In this document: positions 60,611 through 64,000 of the stretch, in pieces
Numbering within the stretch: the stretch's first letter is position 1
Layout of the letters: every line of letters starts with the position of its first letter
Source: Promethearchaeota archaeon
GTDB taxonomy: Archaea; Asgardarchaeota; Lokiarchaeia; Sigyniarchaeales; SOKP01
Reading direction: 5' to 3'
DNA length: 64,000 bases
Assembly (NCBI GenBank): GCA_011364925.1
Contig: RDOA01000002.1
Location: forward strand, 1 to 64,000
The notes under the pieces: model-generated
What the model saw: only the letters and a program-made list of their open reading frames with translations
The model's database searches: none
Told to the model about the DNA's origin: nothing
Position numbers and translations under genes: made by a program

Positions 60611-60958
60611 CTATTCAGGAAGGTAAAACTTACACACTGTGCATTGCTTTGCTTTTAACCGTCTTTCAGGTCCAAGAATTATGTATTTGCTTTTCATAGG
60701 GCCTCCACATTTAGGACAGCTTTTAACAAAATTCTCTTTTATAGAATCTAAGACAATTTGAATATTTTTCTCGAGTTTTAATAAATCATTTGCATTTTCA
60801 ATAATCCTTTTCGCAGAAATTATGCCAATTCCTTTAATCCACGCTAGATCTTCTGGTTTAGCAATCGCGATTTCTTCAATTGTTTTGACTCCCGCTTTAT
60901 TCAGATTAGTGGCAGCTATAGGTCCAATTCCTCTAATGCGTTCGAGTTCGTTAGACAT
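60611..60958 (-). CDS. tandem helix-hairpin-helix protein with C-terminal Zn ribbon
   Basis: HhH motifs IRGIGP and IKGIG, then CPKC...CTVC. Confidence 0.8.
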   Translation of the reverse strand: MSNELERIRGIGPIAATNLNKAGVKTIEEIAIAKPEDLAWIKGIGIISAKRIIENANDLLKLEKNIQIVLDSIKENFVKSCPKCGGPMKSKYIILGPERRLKAKQCTVCKFYLPE

Positions 60959-61131
60959 GAGAAAACCCTGAATCTATAAATCCTGCTTGGGACAAGCATC
61001 TATTATTTTAAGAATGGATTAAAATGAATTTTAACCTTCAATTAGTTGAAATTGTAATATTATAATAAATAATGGGAATTCTATAAGATAAAATTTTATA
61101 TCACATAAAAAAAGAAAAAATGATTTAGAAA

Positions 61132-61857
61132 TTATTTTTCTATTTGACGTCCAACTCCATAATACATCATGAACCCTCCAAGAATAGCTAAGATCAATGC
61201 TAATATCCCTGCGATTATCCTAAAGGTTGCATTATTTAAGAAGTTTGATATAAAAATGGCGTACATGAATGTCATTAGAGCTATATATCCAAATATGAAG
61301 AATCTCCATTTTTTCTTTAATTGTTTATCTTCAAACTTCTGATAGATTTTTATCGAGTAGTAAAACGCCGGAATTGCCGCGAAACAAGTTAAAACTAATA
61401 TAATATACAGAAAGAACGGAAAACTCCATACAGGAGTCCAATTAGTCGCAGGGCTGATAGTCAACCCATAACCTGGGAAAAATAGAAAAATCACCATGCA
61501 AAAAACAGCTATAGCGTAGCCAATAAGAATTACCAATTGTTTGCTCGTATTTATTATCTTCTCTGACTTCAGAAGAATTAGATCAAACACTACTATAAAT
61601 ATTGGAGCATAAGTTGACGTAAAATTAGTTATAAAATTGAGCGCTAGGACAACAGTTACATCACTTAACGGGGCGTATATGAAATTTGCTATTACCCCAA
61701 TAACAGGAGAGATATAGAGTGATGCGAAGAATACATTAAGTCGTTTTCTATCTCTTGATAGTATTCTTATTGCTAAATAAAGAAACACAACTGAAATGAC
61801 TCCTTGAGCTACATACACAGTTAGAATTCGAGTAGGCGTTAATTGAGCTAAAACCAT
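61132..61857 (-). CDS. 7-TM membrane protein of unknown function
   Basis: About seven TM segments, with a W.P.W extracellular loop and the cytoplasmic loop FEDKQLKKKWRFF. Confidence 0.7.
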   Translation of the reverse strand: MVLAQLTPTRILTVYVAQGVISVVFLYLAIRILSRDRKRLNVFFASLYISPVIGVIANFIYAPLSDVTVVLALNFITNFTSTYAPIFIVVFDLILLKSEKIINTSKQLVILIGYAIAVFCMVIFLFFPGYGLTISPATNWTPVWSFPFFLYIILVLTCFAAIPAFYYSIKIYQKFEDKQLKKKWRFFIFGYIALMTFMYAIFISNFLNNATFRIIAGILALILAILGGFMMYYGVGRQIEK

Positions 61858-62025
61858 ACTATTTTCACGTTCGGTTTGTTTACTTTTGTAGTTCTATTAA
61901 ATAAATTAGTATTTATTGATTTTTTTATTGTTATTACTAATATTAATTGTAGTTCAATTATTTAATTGTAATTTAAACAAATGATGAAAGAAATAAAATT
62001 ACTTATTTCTTTTATTATAGCAGGA

Positions 62026-62808
62026 TTACAATCTCTCGTAAGAATAATGAGTGTTGCATATTGAAAAGCCTACTTTCTCATATGCATGAATCGCAGGAAT
62101 GTTGGCCACCCTCACCATTATAAAACATTGTTCTTTCTCTTGAAATACACCATCTAAGACCGAAGAGAGTAATGAACTAGCATATCCTTGCCTCCAATAA
62201 TCTGGATGTGTCCCAACAACCGTTACGTATCCTATGTTCTCATATCTCCATACACTAATTATACTTACTAACATGTTATTTTCTGATATTCCGTACCATA
62301 TATTGTTTTCATCAATCAAAATATCATCTGGTTGATTTAAACCCCAGAAAATAGGATCAGCGATTCTCATTAATGAGATTATCTCTATTCTATTAATCTC
62401 ATTCAGTTTTTGAAAATTATATTTCTCAAAATCCTTTTGTTCTCCATTTTTCATGCCCATACGATACAATGCAATTTCTTTTCTATAAGCTGGAAAGAAT
62501 TTTGAAATCAATTCTCGATGGTTATTAAATCCTGTAACAGACTTCGGATTATAACTCTTCCCTGTTAATAAAAATTCAAGCCCTCTAATAGACCCTCTCA
62601 ATTGAATTCTGCGATCTCTCCAAATTAGGATCATTGCTTGAACTTTTTCTTCACCATCTAATGCCATAACTATTTTAGTATTTTCTGGATATTGGGCATA
62701 ATCAACATGGAAAAAGAAATACTTAGCAAAGTTATTTCTAATATAATCATAAAAAATTTCTTCGTTATCCTTAGTTACTTTAACTGATTTCAATTTATAA
62801 TCATCCAT
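62026..62808 (-). CDS. GNAT acetyltransferase (FR47-like)
   Basis: Motifs VGTHPDYWRQGYA and N.PAIHAYEKVGF. Confidence 0.88.
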   Translation of the reverse strand: MDDYKLKSVKVTKDNEEIFYDYIRNNFAKYFFFHVDYAQYPENTKIVMALDGEEKVQAMILIWRDRRIQLRGSIRGLEFLLTGKSYNPKSVTGFNNHRELISKFFPAYRKEIALYRMGMKNGEQKDFEKYNFQKLNEINRIEIISLMRIADPIFWGLNQPDDILIDENNIWYGISENNMLVSIISVWRYENIGYVTVVGTHPDYWRQGYASSLLSSVLDGVFQEKEQCFIMVRVANIPAIHAYEKVGFSICNTHYSYERL

Positions 62809-62882
62809 AAAATCTTAAAAGAAAATCAATTCGAGGAATTGGGATTATTTGACTAAAATATTAACTAAATTAAGTGATTCTA

Positions 62883-63071
62883 TTAGCGTTCTTTCCATTC
62901 CTGTCCACATCGCCCACAACGATACTTTTTTCCGTAAACGCGAGGGTAATCGCTGATAATCCGAGTTTTATCCGTAGATTCGTGAATCATATTTTTATTT
63001 TCCTCATCACAAGATGGACAACGGCGGCGACCTTCAGTTTTTTCTATAGTAAGAATCTTATCTTCATCCAT
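62883..63071 (-). CDS. stand-alone Zn-ribbon protein
   Basis: CPSC...YRCGRCGQEW; matches the C-terminal domain of 17500..18015. Confidence 0.8.
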   Translation of the reverse strand: MDEDKILTIEKTEGRRRCPSCDEENKNMIHESTDKTRIISDYPRVYGKKYRCGRCGQEWKER

Positions 63072-63197
63072 TTATTTCAACTTTAAGTAGAATGAATTGT
63101 TAATATATAAATAATAAAGTCCTTGCTAATAAAATCTTCTTAGAATTGGATATTCTTTCGTATTGTTCTGAAGATTCGGTTTAACAATATAGATGCG

Positions 63198-63794
63198 TTA
63201 GAAAGAATTACGAGTAGTAGGTTCCTCTCCACTTGATTTTACCCGGTTAAACAAATCTGGATTTAGAAACTTTAATTTTAAATTGATGTAGCTTAACATT
63301 TTATTGAAGAGATCAGTGAGATCTCTCTTTCTATCCTGAATCTTAAAACAATAAAGAAATTCAAGCTCTTGAGTTTTTTGGATTAAGTTAAACTCTGTAA
63401 TATCTTTTTTCTTTGGAACCTTCTTATCTTGAATTAAAAATGTATCCACACCAACTAAAGCTGAGAAGCCATTGAAGATATAATAATTTTTAAAATATAC
63501 ATAATCCTTAAGATTGTAGTTAGAAATAGAATTTATATTATAGAGATTCACTGCTACCAAAATTACATCAAAATGACTAAACTGCTTATTCCTATGGATA
63601 AGATCGTCAAAATTATCGGCAATTGCAATCCGTAGTTTTATAGGGATATTTTCAAATTTAAGAAAGAATTCATAGACTAAACTTTCCGATTTATAATTTA
63701 TCGCCAATTCTTTCAAATAATCGGTAAAAACCTCTAGCCTAGAATCTTCAGTTCCAATTAGACCCAAGTTTATTGAAAATACGATATCCTTCAA
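63198..63794 (-). CDS. degenerate Ras-like small GTPase-fold protein
   Basis: Strand/helix order INLGLIG...IKLRI...FDVILVAVNL...S.....ALVGVD; the P-loop GKS/T and NKxD are lost. Confidence 0.5.
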   Translation of the reverse strand: MKDIVFSINLGLIGTEDSRLEVFTDYLKELAINYKSESLVYEFFLKFENIPIKLRIAIADNFDDLIHRNKQFSHFDVILVAVNLYNINSISNYNLKDYVYFKNYYIFNGFSALVGVDTFLIQDKKVPKKKDITEFNLIQKTQELEFLYCFKIQDRKRDLTDLFNKMLSYINLKLKFLNPDLFNRVKSSGEEPTTRNSF

Positions 63795-63890
63795 ACGGTC
63801 TCAATTTCAAAAATAATTATTAAAGCCTTTAATTTAACAATATAATAATATAAAGCAAATATTAAATATTGATTTAACTATCTCACCACC

Positions 63891-64000
63891 ATGCTGATTA
63901 TTTATGCTTTATTAATCCTAATGGTACTTATCTGGAGCTTTTCGTTTGTTCTTGTGGACATTGCCGTGGAGTTTATATCGCCTATGTCTCTCGCGTTGAC
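63891..64000 (+). CDS. EamA/DMT family transporter (5' part; runs off the window end)
   Basis: Manual translation gives MLIIYALLILMVLIWSFSFVLVDIAVEFISPMSLAL, matching the typical IWxxxF...xSP DMT N-terminus. Confidence 0.7.
   Translation, partial: MLIIYALLILMVLIWSFSFVLVDIAVEFISPMSLAL

Noticed and set aside
82-63086. Numerous short ORFs antisense to or nested in longer genes (e.g. 82..276, 2084..2482, 20439..20819, 54553..54945, 62874..63086)
   Set aside because: They are shadow ORFs of well-supported genes and have no motifs.
1-64000. CRISPR arrays, tRNA/rRNA genes, transposases, integrases
   Set aside because: No regularly spaced repeats, GC-rich structural-RNA islands or mobile-element ORFs were seen by eye; intergenic gaps are short and AT-rich.

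Overview
This is a low-GC, gene-dense archaeal window, most likely an Asgard archaeon of the Lokiarchaeia. That assignment is inferred from Alba, a histone, herA-nurA-mre11-rad50, longin-like domains, a degenerate small GTPase, paralogous 7TM proteins and lipid-metabolism genes. About 55 CDS are present. They include a Thermotoga-type inositol catabolic module (iolM, iolO, SDR, GPH transporter), a cobalamin adenosyltransferase, MaoC/thiolase/DUF35, a P3A H+-ATPase, a chromatin and DNA-repair block, tRNA methyltransferases and a pgi-serA-like-eda sugar module. I saw no rRNA, tRNA, CRISPR array or transposase. The main finding is that two unrelated genes, iolM (1298-1327) and cobO (6258-6287), are each interrupted inside their most conserved N-terminal catalytic motif by an exactly 30-nt, AT-rich insert containing an in-frame stop. 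Each insert is built as 1 nt + 23-nt hairpin + 4 nt + 2 nt. The cobO insert has the 3-nt bulge / 4-bp helix / 3-nt bulge core of a bulge-helix-bulge (BHB) motif, and cutting it at the tRNA-endonuclease positions restores the GxGKGKT P-loop in frame. The iolM insert is a relaxed version of the same design. This points to tRNA-type (EndA/RtcB-spliced) micro-introns in ordinary mRNAs of an Asgard archaeon. All calls come from reading the sequence; no searches were run.
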